From: Nitrospirota bacterium
GTDB lineage: Bacteria; Nitrospirota; UBA9217
Assembly: GCA_963796285.1 (NCBI GenBank)
Contig: CAWCKW010000012.1
Coordinates: 1,760,001-1,824,000, forward strand
Reading direction: 5' to 3'
Length of the DNA stretch: 64,000 nt
Shown: positions 62,719 through 64,000 of the stretch, piece after piece
How the letters are laid out: every line of letters begins with the position of its first letter
Numbering within the stretch: the first letter of the stretch is position 1
Notes under the pieces: model-generated
Told to the model about the DNA's origin: nothing
Database searches by the model: none
Seen by the model: the letters and a program-made list of their open reading frames with translations, nothing else
Position numbers and translations under genes: made by a program

Positions 62719-64000
62719 TTATTGATTTGCGGTCTTGTTCTCCCTCCGGGAAATGCTTCCGATCTCTGTTGACCGGGAGATCATGGTCCCTGACGAGAAG
62801 AGCAGCCTGCCCGCGGTGATCACCTCCCGCTTCAGGATTGAATCGGATGAGAGCGAAAGGTCTGTATCTGTTCCATGAAGAGGCGACAGATCCTTTGCCC
62901 AGCAAGCACCAACAACGAGGTACCGGTATGCGGGTACGACGGCCTTGATCTCTTTCATGATAGAAGAACTTGAACCATAGTTCATCGATGCGCCCATCTT
63001 CCGGGCCAGAGCCTGTATGATCTGCCAGTCCGGCCTCGATTCCCCTATCGGCTCCTCTGCCTTGTCAATACGCCCCAACCGCCGTTCGAGATTCGTGACC
63101 GTCCCGGTCTTCTCAACAAAACTAGCCGCGGGAAACACCACGTCGGCTATTTTCGCTGTCTCGGTCAGGAAGATGTCCTGTACAACCAGAAAGTCGAGCT
63201 TCCTGAGCACGGATGCGATCTCAGGGGAATTGCCGACCGGGTCATCTCCCATGATATAGAGGGCGGCGAGCGTTCCCGATGCAATGCTGTTCAGCATTTC
63301 GATGGCGTTCAGGCCCGGCGTCTCCGGCAATACAATGCTCCCTGTTGTTTTATATTGTGCAGCGGCGACCGGGCTGATCGATTGATAGCCGGGATAATAA
63401 TCCGGCAGGATCCCCATATCGAGCGCGCCCTGAAGATTGCCGCGCCGGACGAGCGGAACGAGGGTCGTCTGTCCCAGCAAAAGAGCGAGATACCGTGCGC
63501 GGTACAGTACCGCGGGCGGCGGTTCAGACGGCAGGATGATCGAAACGCGTCTCGCCGTCATGAGCAGGCTCACCGCCGCGGCAATGTCCTTACCTTTCTG
63601 GCGGGTATCTCCACCAACCGCTGCGATCAGGTCGATGAGCGCCGCTTCCGCGTCCCTTGCAATCAACAGAACCGACGCGAGCCGGTCGAACTTGTTGACC
63701 TGGCCGTTCAGCAGGATCAGCTTTTTCCCCTTTTGGTTCACCGCGCGCACGATCTCGATGCCCGTCAATGGATTGATCTCGCCCACGTCACGCTCCAGAA
63801 CAAGGACCGCGTCACTCTCGCCAATGGACACAAGTTCGGGTGAGAAGTATGCCGTATTCATACCCACCGGCATCTTGAGCCGCGCGAGCAGGTCGATGTT
63901 GTTCGTGCCGACCACCATGCGCATGAACTTCTGGAACAGGTAGTTGTCCTCGTTCGTCGTCCTGATGGAACCCAGGCCCCCGATGCTCGCCGCGCCGCGC
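62719..64000 (-). CDS. Molybdopterin oxidoreductase family (NuoG/FdhA-like), 5' part outside window
   Basis: TNEDNYLFQKF, NLQGALDMG, LYIMGDDP, FLVVQDIFLTETAKIADVVFPA, EKTGTVTNLERR. Confidence 0.85.
   Translation of the reverse strand, partial: RGAASIGGLGSIRTTNEDNYLFQKFMRMVVGTNNIDLLARLKMPVGMNTAYFSPELVSIGESDAVLVLERDVGEINPLTGIEIVRAVNQKGKKLILLNGQVNKFDRLASVLLIARDAEAALIDLIAAVGGDTRQKGKDIAAAVSLLMTARRVSIILPSEPPPAVLYRARYLALLLGQTTLVPLVRRGNLQGALDMGILPDYYPGYQSISPVAAAQYKTTGSIVLPETPGLNAIEMLNSIASGTLAALYIMGDDPVGNSPEIASVLRKLDFLVVQDIFLTETAKIADVVFPAASFVEKTGTVTNLERRLGRIDKAEEPIGESRPDWQIIQALARKMGASMNYGSSSSIMKEIKAVVPAYRYLVVGACWAKDLSPLHGTDTDLSLSSDSILKREVITAGRLLFSSGTMISRSTEIGSISRRENKTANQ

Noticed and set aside
62494-62772. 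92-aa ORF after lpxL
   Set aside because: No family motif, and it overlaps the end of the convergent oxidoreductase gene.

Overview
GC-rich bacterial chromosome window. The gene order (ychF-pth-rplY-prs-tRNA-Gln-spoVG-ispE; metG-ricT-holB-tmk; TatD-radical SAM fusion) suggests an anaerobic diderm such as Nitrospirota or Desulfobacterota (inference). About 1-22 kb is housekeeping. About 22-64 kb is a mix of accessory genes: a two-component operon, a radical SAM enzyme, two tripartite efflux systems, MltA, MsrA, UvrC, LpxL and a molybdopterin oxidoreductase. Many essential genes carry 1-bp frameshifts and there is a poly-C junk tract at about 47.2 kb, so the assembly looks error-prone. The main signals not explained by the ORF track are: (1) a ~310-nt, extensively base-paired intergenic RNA candidate at 22437-22751 with its own -10 box and U-tract; (2) a layered family of intergenic palindromic elements, including 24-36-bp hairpin cassettes inserted at G^C steps mostly without target duplication, one nested inside another; (3) a sensor kinase / REC-TPR-HEPN response regulator / OmpA-MotB-like operon; (4) two small UGA-readthrough (selenoprotein) candidates, a TusA-like and an FmdB-like protein. 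All family assignments come from motif recognition by eye, and no searches were run.
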